A stretch of 63,723 nt of DNA, counting the filler, from Octopus bimaculoides (Eukaryota): NCBI RefSeq assembly GCF_001194135.2. It is 3 parts of 3 records of this genome, joined end to end, with 100 filler letters (N's around TTAATTAATTAA, not from the genome) between each part and the next. Parts side by side here need not be neighbours in the genome. Positions count along the whole stretch, not along the records: positions 1 to 27,363 come from NC_068983.1; 2 more parts are not named here. One strand, 5' to 3'. The notes beneath the pieces are model-generated. The model saw only the letters and a program-made list of their open reading frames with translations. It did not search any database and was not told the DNA's origin. A program made the translations under genes and the position numbers. Of the stretch, positions 12,270 through 25,435 are shown piece after piece; the first letter of the stretch is position 1, and the number at the start of each line of letters is the position of its first letter.

Positions 12270-13499
12270 GTCTAATTTGTACTTTCTTAAATTATTTTCT
12301 TACACAAGAAAAAAACAAATTGTTTCGTTGCTTTAATCAGTTATCATTTACTTTCTTCCTGATATTTCAGTAGAGCATTTATGGTTTCCTTGTTATAGTT
12401 CTATATTTGTAAAATACTTAATTTAGGTGGGCTGGGTGATTGGTAAGTTCAATGTATACCATTCTTTAGGAAATGGATTTGCACTAATGAGTAGTTTACT
12501 GGTTTTCAAATTTAGGATCTTCGGTTCATTTAGCTTCTAATTTATTACACTGAAGTTGTAGTCTATCAGTGGAGCGATGTAATGCATATATTACCTTATT
12601 TCTGACATTGAGTTCCGTATGCTAATATCAGTCTTTTGCCTTTCATCCAGCTCGGGTCAATTATAGAGCCACTTCCATGGGTGGTGTTGTTCTAATGTTC
12701 TAATTTCAATGTATAAACCTTAATACCTAGAGTTTCATTTAAATCGCTTGATTATAGAGTTATCGTTAAGTACATTTTTTTAATATCTGATTCACTTTGA
12801 CATAAGAAGTTTCAAATGAAGTGCTCTCGTTGATCCTATCTGGTTACCATCTCTAAAATAAGTACTTTAATTTTTCATTCTACTATGTATCTTTTTTTTT
12901 TTTGACAAAATAATATTGTACTTCCTAAGTAATTTTTCATTTTATGTTATTTTTCTTATATTAGTCTCCTGCTTTTCTATTTTGTTAAATAAGGATAGGC
13001 CTTTGACGTTTTGTTGTATTTTCATAATTTTTTCCCTATGTTGTTTGGTGGGCTTAACTGAGAGGTGATTTATTCTTTTAGAGTCGAACCCATTTCCTCG
13101 ATTCTCCCAATGAGGCAGGTTCGTTGAGTACTTATGATCAGATTTACTACTGTAAAAAAGAATATCTTGGAGCTATGTTTAGTTTGTTTATTTATAGCTA
13201 AAAGACATATTTTCGCTGATCCATGTTGATTTTAGTCATAGTCAGTTCCTGTACATGGTTTATTGCTTCTATTATTTTCTTCATTGTTAATTATATTTCT
13301 TCTGTTAAGTTGTGTCCACTGAACGCATTTCCCTCCAGCTTTATAACCAGGCATCTCATTATTCATTACATGGGGAAAAAAAGCAATATTACGAAATCTA
13401 TCGATTAGACTACTATCAGTGGAATTTGACTTGTTTGGAAATTAACGATACATCAGCAGATATAGAGTGTAACAAAAAGCTTTAAGCCGTAACACCCGT

Positions 13500-13547
<48 letters not shown>

Positions 13548-13557
13548 NNNNNNNNNN

Positions 13558-13603
<46 letters not shown>

Positions 13604-13919
13604 CGTCCCTTATACACATACTCATGCATACACATATACGCGAAAGACTGAGCGCGTGTGAATATACATGTGACGTGTGCATTCGTAAATTTTTACGTAT
13701 GTTACAATGTGTATGTTTATGTGTGATATATGCTGTTATGAGATAAGTAAAATAGCTGATAATGTATGCATTCATTTGTCTTACGCAGTCCTTTCCGCTA
13801 AATATCTCTTCATATATATGATGCAATCAACTTGCAGAAATGTTGAACATTCCCCCTTCTATATATTTTTAAGAGGAAATAAAACTGTCAGTATCCTTAT
13901 TTAAACATCACATCGGAAA

Positions 13920-14080
13920 TTAGAATATCTGGGGTAACAGTTAACCAGGACGTTTTATCTGCGGTTATAGCATCCTGAACAGAAACTCTTATGGTTATAT
14001 AGTCCACCAGATCAAACTAGAGTCTGCTAAAAATATTGACAGAAACCTTATACTGCTATTCTAGGCCCAAACACATAACA
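13920..14080 (+). pseudogene. Decayed LINE (CR1/L2-like) RT C-terminal fragment
   Basis: LEYLGVTV followed downstream by YTAILGP, resembling YLGV...LYxALVRP. Confidence 0.35.
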
Positions 14081-14209
14081 GACACTGTATAATTCAAGAC
14101 TTAAAAGTTTCATATCCTTCATTAAATATTTTTATTATGGTAATACATTTAATATACACAGCTCATATTAGGCTGTTACTTCCAAGAAACTACTATTATA
14201 TAAATCTAT

Positions 14210-14425
14210 GAGGCGGCGAGCTGGCAGAATCGTTAGCATACAGGGCAAAATGCTTAGTGGTATATTGTCCGTCTTTACGTTCTGAGTTCAAATTCCGCCA
14301 CGGTCGACTTTACCTTTCATCCTCAGGAAGGTATAAAATAAAGTACCAATTGATCACTCGTGTCGATGTAATCGATTTACCCCTTTCCCAAAATTGCTGG
14401 CCTTGTGCCATGATTTGCATCCGAT
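14210..14425 (+). mobile_element. SINE family B, full length (tail type 2)
   Basis: GGCGGCGAGCTGGCAGAATCGTTAGC head, GAGTTCAAATTCCGCC B-box, CCTTTCATCC...AAAATAAAGTACCA body, GGCCTTGTGCC tail. Confidence 0.85.
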
Positions 14426-14459
14426 ATACAAATTTACTGTCTCTGTTATAAAAAGAACT

Positions 14460-14955
14460 TCAGAGACACACAGACATTAATGAAACCTCTACATGGTTGC
14501 TAGAAATAGCTTGACATAGCTGCTAAATCCCTCTCAAATTATACCCACAATCATTAAATAAAAAGAGAAACGCGCTGGACAATGAAAGACAGGATTATCA
14601 CAGCCGGAGGGCCTTTGATCATAAATCTGCTTCATCAGGAATGACTTGGAGCAAAACAACAACAACAACAATACCAATAGCAACAACGACAATAACAAAA
14701 ACAACAACACTAACAACAACAATTTCAGCGGCACGAGTAAATGAGGTGGTTTCTTATGTAATCGCTTGATCTGAAAGAGACAACCGCCAAACTTTTCCTA
14801 TATCGCATCCTATTGTCATCAAATAGACAGGACACTTGATAATGTAATACTAAATAGTCCATATCTAAATGAAGGTCGAGATGGTCACGGCTGCAATACC
14901 TTTGATCATAGATACGTCTGTTCCCTCAGAGCAGACTTAGGGCTAAACAAATTCT
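14460..14955 (+). mobile_element. Two decayed copies of another SINE-like family ending in (CAA)n
   Basis: Shared motif GCCTTTGATCATA...GACTT(G/A)G(A/G)GC(A/T)AAACAA near 14610 and 14900; homolog at 34000-34210. Confidence 0.5.
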
Positions 14956-15744
14956 GCGACTAGTAGATTAGTAACTAACTTTGATCATAATTTGAAAGAT
15001 AAATATATTCCTATGCCATGAACTTTTGACAATAAAATTTGAAAAGAACTTCATGATAAGTATTGAGTTAATAAATGATAAAGTTGACGAATTGGCAGTA
15101 TCGTTAGAAAGTTGAAGAGCATGAATTACATTATTAATTCCGACTCTGCGCTCTAATTTCAAAACCCACCAAGATCACTTTGTTTTTCATCTTTCAGGGA
15201 TCGATAAAAAAGTACTAATCCAGGACGGTGGAGTGGCAGAGAGGTTAAGTATCGGATGAGATGTCTTACGATGTCTGTTTGGTCCTTTACTTTCCAACAG
15301 TAATGTCTACAACACTAGTACCAAGCTGTATCACCCCAAGTCGGCAGCCTTTCCTTCGGATATACATCGCTAGCGTAGAGAAGGAACCTTGCGACTGCAA
15401 GTCTTCCTAAAAAGTCTCGCCTAGGCCTGCACAAACATGTGCAGATATCTGGTCAGTAATGACCGATGGTGGTCTTACATCAATAAATGATGACAATGTA
15501 TGCAGAATCAGTATTTCATATTGTTCTTTTCTATACTTTTGATTTGTTTTAAGTAAAATTATTGTTGGTTAAGGTATTCTTAGAAAATCAGCAAGTCTTT
15601 TATAGTTAAATTATGATTTACTTTAGGTAGTGGAAGTTGTATTTAAGTGCAACAGCAAAACAACAATCTGCATCAAATTTTGCCAAAAGCTTGACGACAT
15701 CTGCTCAGAGGCCTACGCAAATTTTCAAAAAGTTTTCATCGTTC

Positions 15745-16200
15745 TCGACACAATCAAGATCTTGTGAAACTGATTCGACGATTTCCCCCCACAGCTACAC
15801 GCTCATCTGCGATGTTTTTCTAAATTCTGCTAGTTGCAGAAAGTGCGTCCCAGACAGTTCGTCAATATCGACATTTTTCCGGCCATCTCGGAAACGTCTG
15901 AACTACTCATACACTTGTGTGCGGTTCATACACTCCTCTCCATCCACTTTCTGCAACTTTGCGTAGGCCTCTGAACAGGTGCCGCCATGACAACTTTCTC
16001 TGTCATGGTCAATGCGACGATCACATGCTACACACGTTCTTTCTAAGCACTGCTGTAAACAGTGGAAGTTAGTTAGAACGTTAAAACTGAGTGTGCATGC
16101 ACAGCGGTGTTCAAGGTCAATCTTTGCCAAGCGGCTTCGCTCTGAAGACTTTAGCTTTGTTATTATGCCAACAGTCTTGATACTTATTGATCAGACCTCG
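15745..16200 (-). mobile_element. Mariner 5' part (TIR plus N-terminal HTH relic)
   Basis: Minus end TACGAGGTCTGATCAATAAGTATC; translation GGTCSEAYAKLQKVDGEECMNRTQVYE*FRRFRDGRKNVD...GNRRIS. Confidence 0.8.
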
Positions 16201-16329
16201 TACATATTAAAATTTAATGACTTATTCACATAGTAAACTACAAAATTATATATTTCAGATTTTTTAGTGTAAAAAAAATGAGTTGATAGTCTTGGCAATA
16301 TATTTTTCATTAAAAAGTTCTTAATTCTG

Positions 16330-17270
16330 TCACATTAGTAAGATTATTCAAATATGTGATTCATTCTTACTCCTTTACACTTTTGAAAATAAACACTCTT
16401 GAGAGTATGTAATCATGAGTGAAAAACACCTGCACAAAGCATTTTTTACATTTGGAAAAAAAGACTTCAAAGAATTATCTATCATCAAAATGCTATAATT
16501 GTAACTTTAAATGATCTTGTTTGGTGCCAACATGGCAAACAATATCACTTTTAAACGGTTCAGTAAACTACAAAAATTCTTCTTCAAGATTCAGATCTTT
16601 CGTATATAAATTGTCAAGATTAGCTAACTCTTTTAGAATCTGTTTGGGTGTAAACACTACTACTGATGAAGGAATCCCAATTCACCATTCATCTTTCGAT
16701 AAGTTTTCTTCTTTCTGAGAGGACGAAAAGTTAGTTATTAATAATTGCAAGAAATGTTGAACTTTTCAATTTTAAGATGTTTACAATTCAACAAATGTAT
16801 CAAGAAATCAGACCCGTAATTTTGCTTGTGCTGTCTTCAGTTGTTTTTTGCTCATAATTTCCATACTCGTTTTGCCCCTTTTGCTCACTATTTCCTGTTT
16901 TATTCCTGCTTCATCATGGTTGAAAGATGTCATCGAGCCTATTGTTGACACTATCCTAATTATTGATATCTGAAATGTCATCCAAAATTTGTTTTATTGC
17001 AGAAAAGCTGGGTAAATGTACTTTTGTTTAATCTACACGAGATTACTTCTCGGTTTTCACAATAGACCAATCCTTTTCACAATAGACCAATGAAGGCCAC
17101 TACCATAAAATACAGTAGAGGTGAGAACCCACCGACAGGTGCAGACAGAAAAATGTGTACAGGTATAAGGTAAATGGGTATTTGTTGATAAAATTCAATT
17201 GCGCATTTTCCAATCAAATTTAGTGAATGAGCAAAACATGGAGTGTAATCGGCAAACTCATAAATGACAC
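16330..17270 (-). pseudogene. hAT transposase relic
   Basis: ADYTPCFAHSLNLIGKCA (CxxH motif) at about 17201-17254, LYTKDLNLEEEF at about 16570-16610, and LMITYSQECLFSK...RSKN resembling the hAT dimerization motif; many stops. Confidence 0.7.
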
Positions 17271-17299
17271 TATGTATCATTCATGTGGTTGGCATTATC

Positions 17300-17803
17300 A
17301 TATGAATACCATTTTCATTTTGAATATCGAGAAAGCTTTGAGTAATCTGTTCAGCAAGTTATGGGCTTCCAAAATTTGCAATAGGGTGTCTTAATATTAT
17401 TGAAATTTGTGATATTTCGGGAATAGGCCTCATTTCTGTTCATTTACCTATGGTTTAAATTTCATTTAAATCAATGGGAAAAATTTTTCAGTGGGGGCTT
17501 GTGCCCCTCCCCCCAGGATCCTCTTTGATCAAAATGAATTATACTCATCTAAGTACTCTGGTTAAAGTAGTTTCAGAATATATATGGTTATGGGGGACTT
17601 TCTCCAAAACCCTAGAAAATTTTCAGTGGAGCGTTCGTGTCCCCCGGAGACCCCTTTGATCAAAATGAAATATACTTATCCAAGTACCCTGGTTAAAGTA
17701 GTTTCAGAATATAAGTGGTTATGGGGTCTATCTCCAAAACCCAAGGAGGAGTTCGATAACAGACTAACAAGCAGTCAGAGATTACTACTTTATATGTATA
17801 GAT
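17300..17803 (+). mobile_element. Putative non-autonomous rolling-circle (Helitron-like) element with an internal 131-bp tandem duplication
   Basis: Two diverged units, 17480-17612 and 17616-17742. Ends with ACAGACTAACAAGCAGTCAGAGATTACTACTTTATATGTATAGAT. The class assignment is inferred from the end motif. Confidence 0.4.
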
Positions 17804-18535
17804 ATGTTGTAATGAAACGACCTGACCCGCTATTAATAGAAAGGACAATAAACGTAGAAAATCCTCGTCAGCCGTGTTATAATTCAGAACCATTATAGTT
17901 TCGGTGCAAGAAAACAAAAGTCAATTCAACTGAAGAGCACCAGTGATTATAAACATCCTTAGAGCAAAAATACAGAACAGTACGAAGTCTTAAAAACGTG
18001 CGTGCACATGTATGTGTGTGCACGTATAAACACAGAAGACAGCGGCATAAGAATAAGATGAAACCCATTTCAAAGATTTAATATTATGTCCGATAGCGGT
18101 TGTAAATTTGATGATTTTATTTTGTTCGTCGTTTAAATTAGACGTATTTGAAATTTTGAAACACTGTATATTACTAAATCACTATATCATATTTGTGTCT
18201 TGTGTAAAATAAAACAGAAAATTATTTTTAGAAATGGTCTTATATGAGTTGCAAGATTTCTCGTGAAAAGGTACGAATATCTCAAATTCCCAATTATCAT
18301 CTTCCGTTAAAGCAGACTTGATACTGATATATGAAACCAAACATGTAAATTTTCTGTTATAATTCCATTCGTATCTAGTATACCATTTTAGGAATGTCAA
18401 ATAGGCACCAGTAATCGACTATTACTTTATATTATCGACCCCGTAACTATGAAGAGCAAAACTGAGTTCGACAGGATTTAACTTATAAAAAGCTCAGAAA
18501 AAGTGGCATCATTTGAAATGTGAATATCTAAATAA

Positions 18536-18958
18536 CGCAGGAAAATATACTTCCAGAAGGAGGGGAAAGGACATAAGATCAGGCCTCCAAATAAAATATA
18601 TGAGATAGACGAAAGATGGAAGGGATACTGGGAGCTGGCCACGGATTTGGGAAGTCTAGCAATTTTTCCACTTATAAAAACAACAAAAAGACCAGACTTA
18701 GTCATATGGAACACAGAACAGAGAATAGGAATCTTGCTAGAACTGACAGTACCATGGGAAGAAAACATCGACAATGCAGAGAAACGAAAGGAGAAGAGAT
18801 ATGAAAAACTAATCGAAGAGTGCACAGAACAGGGATGGACTGTCGAGTACTACCATCTGGCAGTGGGGGCTAGAGGCTTCATTGAAAGAAAATGACAACG
18901 CTATTCAAGAGAAGATTTGCGTTTTCAAACTCGGAACTGAGAAAACTGATAAGGAGGA
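18536..18958 (+). pseudogene. Hero-clade non-LTR retrotransposon, restriction-like endonuclease domain, 5'-truncated
   Basis: KIYFQKEG...WELATDLGSLAIFP...KRPDLVIWN...LELTVPWEENI...RKEKRYEKL...GW...VGARGF; 1-nt frameshift near 18890 into MTTLFKRRFAFSNSELRKLIRR; runs into a gap. Confidence 0.85.
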
Positions 18959-19530
18959 NNNNNNNNNNNNNNNNNNNNNNNNNNNNNNNNNNNNNNNNNN
19001 NNNNNNNNNNNNNNNNNNNNNNNNNNNNNNNNNNNNNNNNNNNNNNNNNNNNNNNNNNNNNNNNNNNNNNNNNNNNNNNNNNNNNNNNNNNNNNNNNNNN
19101 NNNNNNNNNNNNNNNNNNNNNNNNNNNNNNNNNNNNNNNNNNNNNNNNNNNNNNNNNNNNNNNNNNNNNNNNNNNNNNNNNNNNNNNNNNNNNNNNNNNN
19201 NNNNNNNNNNNNNNNNNNNNNNNNNNNNNNNNNNNNNNNNNNNNNNNNNNNNNNNNNNNNNNNNNNNNNNNNNNNNNNNNNNNNNNNNNNNNNNNNNNNN
19301 NNNNNNNNNNNNNNNNNNNNNNNNNNNNNNNNNNNNNNNNNNNNNNNNNNNNNNNNNNNNNNNNNNNNNNNNNNNNNNNNNNNNNNNNNNNNNNNNNNNN
19401 NNNNNNNNNNNNNNNNNNNNNNNNNNNNNNNNNNNNNNNNNNNNNNNNNNNNNNNNNNNNNNNNNNNNNNNNNNNNNNNNNNNNNNNNNNNNNNNNNNNN
19501 NNNNNNNNNNNNNNNNNNNNNNNNNNNNNN

Positions 19531-19820
19531 AACTGGATCCTAATCCACCAAGGGAAGGTATGTCAGAAGAAAGTAATTCAACAACGCGGGTTGATGAACC
19601 GTAAGACGTGTGGCCAGAACCTCCTGGAAAATAACCATAGCGAGGGACATTCCACAGTTGAATTAGAACAGTCACAAACAGTGAAAGAAGACATGCACCC
19701 AACACCAGAGCTGAAGACACCTCCGAAAGGAGGGGCCCCACCACGTCAAAACGGTAGAGGAGTAGGGGCCGAAACCGGACGTGGTTCCCCCTGATGATGT
19801 CTTGAGCTAACTGGATCCTA
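19531..19820 (+). mobile_element. Hero-related segment after the gap, bounded by 12-bp direct repeats
   Basis: AACTGGATCCTA at 19531-19542 and 19809-19820; GC-richer than the flanks; peptide IHQGKVCQKK...ENNHS. Confidence 0.5.
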
Positions 19821-21273
19821 TAAAGGAGCTGTTGTGGTAGCAGACCACGAAACATGGTTGAAATTCCCCCATGTCCTAAGTAAATGAAATTAAATGGGCT
19901 TCATGTTGAACAATAAAAGATTTATCCATCAAAATTCGAACTAGAGATTCAGACTGATGTAGATTTGTAACTGATTTCACAAAGCTTCACAAATGTTCAA
20001 TATATGCACCGCCTGTGACATGACACACGTCAGATCGGTAGTCCAGCTCCAGACAAATACGCTGCAGCATATCTTGCGTAAAGTGATTCTCTGCTTGAGG
20101 AAGAGGGAGAATATAGAGCAGTCATTTCACACAGCCCTATAGAAAAAAATTACAAGGTGTCAAGTCAGATGAACGTGATGGTCATTTCAACAGCACATTG
20201 GCATTATCACTGGCATGCCCTATCCAAACTTAGTTTCTATAGATTTTGTTAAAATTTGAGATCATTTGAGCGAGAATTGGCTATTTTATTAGACTCCTAA
20301 ATTATGTCAATTTTAGAGGGACCATAATAACTACCACACACATTTTGTACGACGCTCTTACCGATCCACTACCCTAATCAGGAATTTCTAATTCTCTATA
20401 CTGTTTGTGCAACCAAACTAGGCGTTGTGCTTTAGTCCAAATATTACAAATATGATGGAGCGTTTCCATTACTGTTGCATGATTGAACAGATTTTTATAA
20501 TTCTGAAAAGAGTGCTATATTGAAGTATATTGGGATTCATCTCAATTTTCAGAACCTTCTTCCTGAATAGTAGCGTTAGACTATCGTAGATACTGCCCAA
20601 TGTAATGTAAATTAATTATTAAATGTGTCCTTTCTTCTTTTCCTTTTTTTTAAAAAAACAAAAAGCTAGCGGAGTGTGTTTCAACGATGATTTGGCTGCT
20701 ATTTCTAGCAATTTAAGTATTGACATAAAGGCCTCATCATTGATTCGTGACAGTACATGTAAGAAGTATATGTGGTGTACTTAATAGAGATGTGTATTTT
20801 TTCAGTGGACTGTATCCACTACTAGGTTCCAGTTACCAACCCATACTAACTTCACTTACATTATTAATGATCCTTTATGTCATTACTAAACACTGTTGAA
20901 TTTTCAGATAAATATACTATAATTATTTTGCTTTCGAACAACCTCTGCGGCCCGCCGCTACTTCTGATGATTACCTTCGATTTCCGCTGACTTCAACTAC
21001 ACTAGACAATAAATAACTTTTCGTACACATTGAAAATGAAGCATTTCCCTTAAAATTTTTTACGATACTCAAACGATATGGCAAATACCTCATGCCAAAT
21101 TCGCTGGTTCATTTTTAAAATGTAAGACTTTATAAAAACAGTTATTCGGTCAGGATATATTATTTATACCCGGTCTGATAAAAACACATAGACACATAGC
21201 TGCTGACCGTCTCCTTCAAAAGATATACACCTGTACAAAATTCCGGTTAACTAAGTACAAGACTGCAGCTTAC

Positions 21274-21394
21274 AATTGGAACATTTTCATAAGTTTGTTG
21301 TAAACGTCGATGTTTGTTTTCAGACTTTTAGGTAACCCTTGTTTCCTACATTCTAAGTAATCTAAAGCTTTCTTTTCACAAGCTTTAAGTTGCA
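21274..21394 (-). CDS. Candidate coding exon of unknown origin (121 nt, phase 1 to phase 2)
   Basis: Acceptor TTTTTTCAACCACCAG, donor GTAAGC, open frame QLKACEKKALDYLECRKQGLPKSLKTNIDVYNKLMKMFQ; no partner exon established. Confidence 0.3.
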
Positions 21395-22380
21395 CTGGTG
21401 GTTGAAAAAATTGCAAATGTGTGTCATATATGATGCATGGACGCCAGGGAAATATGTCCTGTGTAGCACATGTGATACACACAGTGCAGGAAAATGGTTA
21501 AGATTAGTCGACTTTAACTTCCGTTAATGTATATGATCCACAGATCATCAAAGAAATTTATTTGCAGTAGCTGTGTATGTTCATTTACTGAGTTCGAAAC
21601 CTTAGAGGGGTCTATTTTCCTCTTTCCGGGATTCAGGAAATAAGCGACGAGTTCTTACTCACTTACGAGATGGGTGCTGAAAAATTTCTGGTTTTAAGTA
21701 AAAGAAAATACAGGAGTATCAGTTATGATTTTATTCAACATATTCTCTTCTCAGATACACACACTTCTTGCAGTGGTCTTTCAGCTTTTCTAAGCCCCGT
21801 AGAAGAGCTCGGAAGGTTGCGCCTCCAACCAAGCCTTTCACGACAACCTCAAAACCAGGAACTTTTCAGTACCCCATCGTAAACGATAAAATCGATAGAT
21901 CACCAACGAAATTTTACTTACTGACTTCGAAACCTCAAAGAGGTCTATTTTCGTTTTTCCGGGATCCAGGTAATAAGCGACAATTCCTTACCCACTTAAG
22001 TTTGTAGCCGTATCCCAACCTCAGAAATTCATATAATATTTTCAACGAGGTTAATGAGAAATGCCGCAACAATAAAGCACTGAACCAAGTGCATTGGCGT
22101 ATCCATTTACGTTTCATACTTCTGCACTTTGAATTCAAATCCCGCCAGGATCGAATTTACATTTCCCCCTCATCCATTAAGACCATAAACAAAATGCCAC
22201 ATGCCATGTACCTATTTAAAACAAAATTAATCTGGTGGGCAATCAAAGAAAATCAAAGTTTTGTTTTGGCTTTCCTACATCTGTATTCACGGATAAAGAC
22301 GTAACGCAAAAATTCAAAAGTACGAATCAGCTAATTGCATACACACACACACACGCACACACACACACACACGTACACAC

Positions 22381-22437
<57 letters not shown>

Positions 22438-22881
22438 NNNNNNNNNNNNNNNNNNNNNNNNNNNNNNNNNNNNNNNNNNNNNNNNNNNNNNNNNNNNNNN
22501 NNNNNNNNNNNNNNNNNNNNNNNNNNNNNNNNNNNNNNNNNNNNNNNNNNNNNNNNNNNNNNNNNNNNNNNNNNNNNNNNNNNNNNNNNNNNNNNNNNNN
22601 NNNNNNNNNNNNNNNNNNNNNNNNNNNNNNNNNNNNNNNNNNNNNNNNNNNNNNNNNNNNNNNNNNNNNNNNNNNNNNNNNNNNNNNNNNNNNNNNNNNN
22701 NNNNNNNNNNNNNNNNNNNNNNNNNNNNNNNNNNNNNNNNNNNNNNNNNNNNNNNNNNNNNNNNNNNNNNNNNNNNNNNNNNNNNNNNNNNNNTATATTT
22801 ATATATATATATATATATATATATAAATACACACACATATATATACATACATACATATATATATATGTAAATATGTATTTA

Positions 22882-22927
<46 letters not shown>

Positions 22928-23128
22928 CGTGTGTGTGTTTGTGTGTGCGCGTGCGCGTTCGTGTGAATGTGTAACTGTGTGGTTGTATATTTGTGTGATT
23001 ATTCTGTCTCGATGTGCGTTTCTGTCTATAAATGCGTGTGTCTGCGTGTACACGCACGTGCAAATATATTTTTGTAAGTTTACATATATGTATGTATAAG
23101 CATAAATACACACACATACATACATACA

Positions 23129-23182
<54 letters not shown>

Positions 23183-24854
23183 TCTCACACACACACACGC
23201 ACACACACATATAAACTTGTAAGTGCTTGTGCGCGTTTGAGTGTAAATAGGTATTCATGTACATACTGTTCTATGTATAGTTATATTAAGTGCAAGTATA
23301 TGAATATACACATAGATATACGTGACTACTATTACTATTACTGCTGCTGCTGCTACTATTACCACTACTACTACTACTTACAGTACCTCACTGAAACACT
23401 CACTTAAAAATTCAGCTCCTATTAACGGAATATACTTTCTATCTTACTGCTGAGATATCTCCTGTAGATCAACAAAAAACTCGCAGAACGCACCATTCTT
23501 TTGAAGTATTGCCAAAATAGCAACTTCCGTTAATGATACAGAGTAGTCTTACTTCATCAAAAACTCTCCTAGCATCGTTGGTCTAACGGCTATTTTTGTA
23601 GCAAGTCGTGATATAAGAAAGAAGATAATATATATAAGATGTTCGTTTTTATTTGTGTTATATTCTTTCGTTTGTGTTTTATTTTATTTTATTTTAGTTA
23701 TTTGTGTTAGGGATAAATTTGATATTTTCTTAAAATAATTACTTTCAGATACGCAATTTAATTGAGATGGTTAAAGAGATGGAACACAATAAAGGATAAA
23801 ACTTCAAACTGAACGTCTAAACAGCAGGAAATGATCCATAGCCTGTATGTTTATATTTTCGTGACATAATTTAATAAGACATCAAGATCTAAAAGAAAAT
23901 TTGGACTGCTAAACACATTGTGTGTTGATGTATTTATTTTATATAGTTTTATGGGGGTTTTTTCCCAGAAAGATTTGACTGGTGTAATCTCCAATGTTTG
24001 GCAGTTACCTACAGAATATTTTCGTTTAGACAGTACCATATAAATAACTAACCAGAATATATCTACATTAATCCTCCTACACAGCAACAGAATATCGAAG
24101 ACTAAATGTTTTTAAATCGGCCAATTTCAGTTGAACAGGGATATATTTAAATGTTGTGTAAACTTTGAAAGTGCCATATAGGTAGTTGTTTCCGTTGAGA
24201 TTGAAAACACTTCAACTTTGATTTAATCTATGGCTTCAACCTTCTTATCTCTACAAACAAAAATATATCAGCTTTAAATCTGTTTTAGTATGGACTTCTG
24301 TGGTATTAAAACCAACGCTAGGCTTACTGTCTAGATTTTCATTTTGTACTACGTAATAACGTTTTGGATTTTTTTTTCCTTTTCTATAGGGATCTGTATG
24401 TTTATATTTTAATCTTATTTAATAGTGACATTTGATGTTCATTTTTCAATTCTCGTGTGTCCCGCTATTCACGATTTGCTTATTTTTGCCCTGATCAAGT
24501 ATTTTCGATGTTCTTCTATTATGATATTAAAGAGTGGTTCATTAATTTCTCTCGCACATGCTATTCCTCAAATAAAGAGGTTAATGAATGCGTAATATTT
24601 TTAAGCCGGTAAGGGCAGTCAATAGATAGAAATGGCAGAACACGGGATTATCTGTGGGTTCACTCTAGGTCAACCTATTCTGACAATTATCCCTTCACTA
24701 TAAGAGAACTTTGCACCCAATCAACTCAGATCAATATTTTTATGTGTGAGAAATATAACACTGAAAGTAATTGGAGATGTAGAACGGTGAAATCTTTGTG
24801 AAACAAAGTAAAATATGTCTAAGAATGTAAATAATCCTTAGTATGAGGTCGTAT

Positions 24855-25100
24855 GGGCTCATGGCTAGGGTGTTGCACTAACCATCACGGGATCGTGGTT
24901 CCTATTCCCGGGCCGGGTGGTATGTTGTGTTGTAGAACAAAAAACTTCATCTCACGTTGCTCTACGATCGCTTCGACATATGGCGTGTGGTACACTGTGA
25001 ACTTGATGCAAAGAGTGAGTTAACGTACAGCACTCTAAATAAATCATTTGTGCCAGTTAAGAAATTACAAAACCGGCTTCCTTGGACGACGCGAGACTAC
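24855..25100 (+). mobile_element. Diverged SINE with a head related to the 208-433 element
   Basis: GGCTAGGGTGTTGCAC...GGATCGTGGTTCCTATTCCCGGGCCGGGTGG...GTTGTGTT...AACTTCATCTCACGTTGCTC. Confidence 0.6.
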
Positions 25101-25332
25101 CACTAATAAATCCTTAGGGTTCTATTAATATTTCATGAAACATTTAACCATAGTAACATGTGTTTTAGTATTGCATACACTAAATCTTTCCCTAGTATAT
25201 CTTTCATTAAATTCATTGGTACACTGGAGTGTAACTACAGTATTTACAAACAACACTACTCTGCATCTAAACAAAATGATTACGATTTTAAAGAGACATC
25301 AATTTTAATCTTCGACGTCGGAAAGTTACTAA

Positions 25333-25338
25333 TGTGTG

Positions 25339-25432
<94 letters not shown>
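25333..25432. repeat. (TG)n microsatellite
   Basis: Direct reading. Confidence 0.95.

Positions 25433-25435
<3 letters not shown>

Noticed and set aside
19760-19810. GAAAC...CTGATGA in the Hero segment as a type-II hammerhead
   Set aside because: Only CCCC lies between the putative cleavage site and the core, so there is no stem I, and stem II pairs poorly
21755-21969. Plus-strand exon candidate YTHFLQWSFSFSKPRRR...FRDP
   Set aside because: It overlaps the nested direct and inverted duplications, and its 3' end has a stop-containing duplicate upstream; more likely repeat-derived
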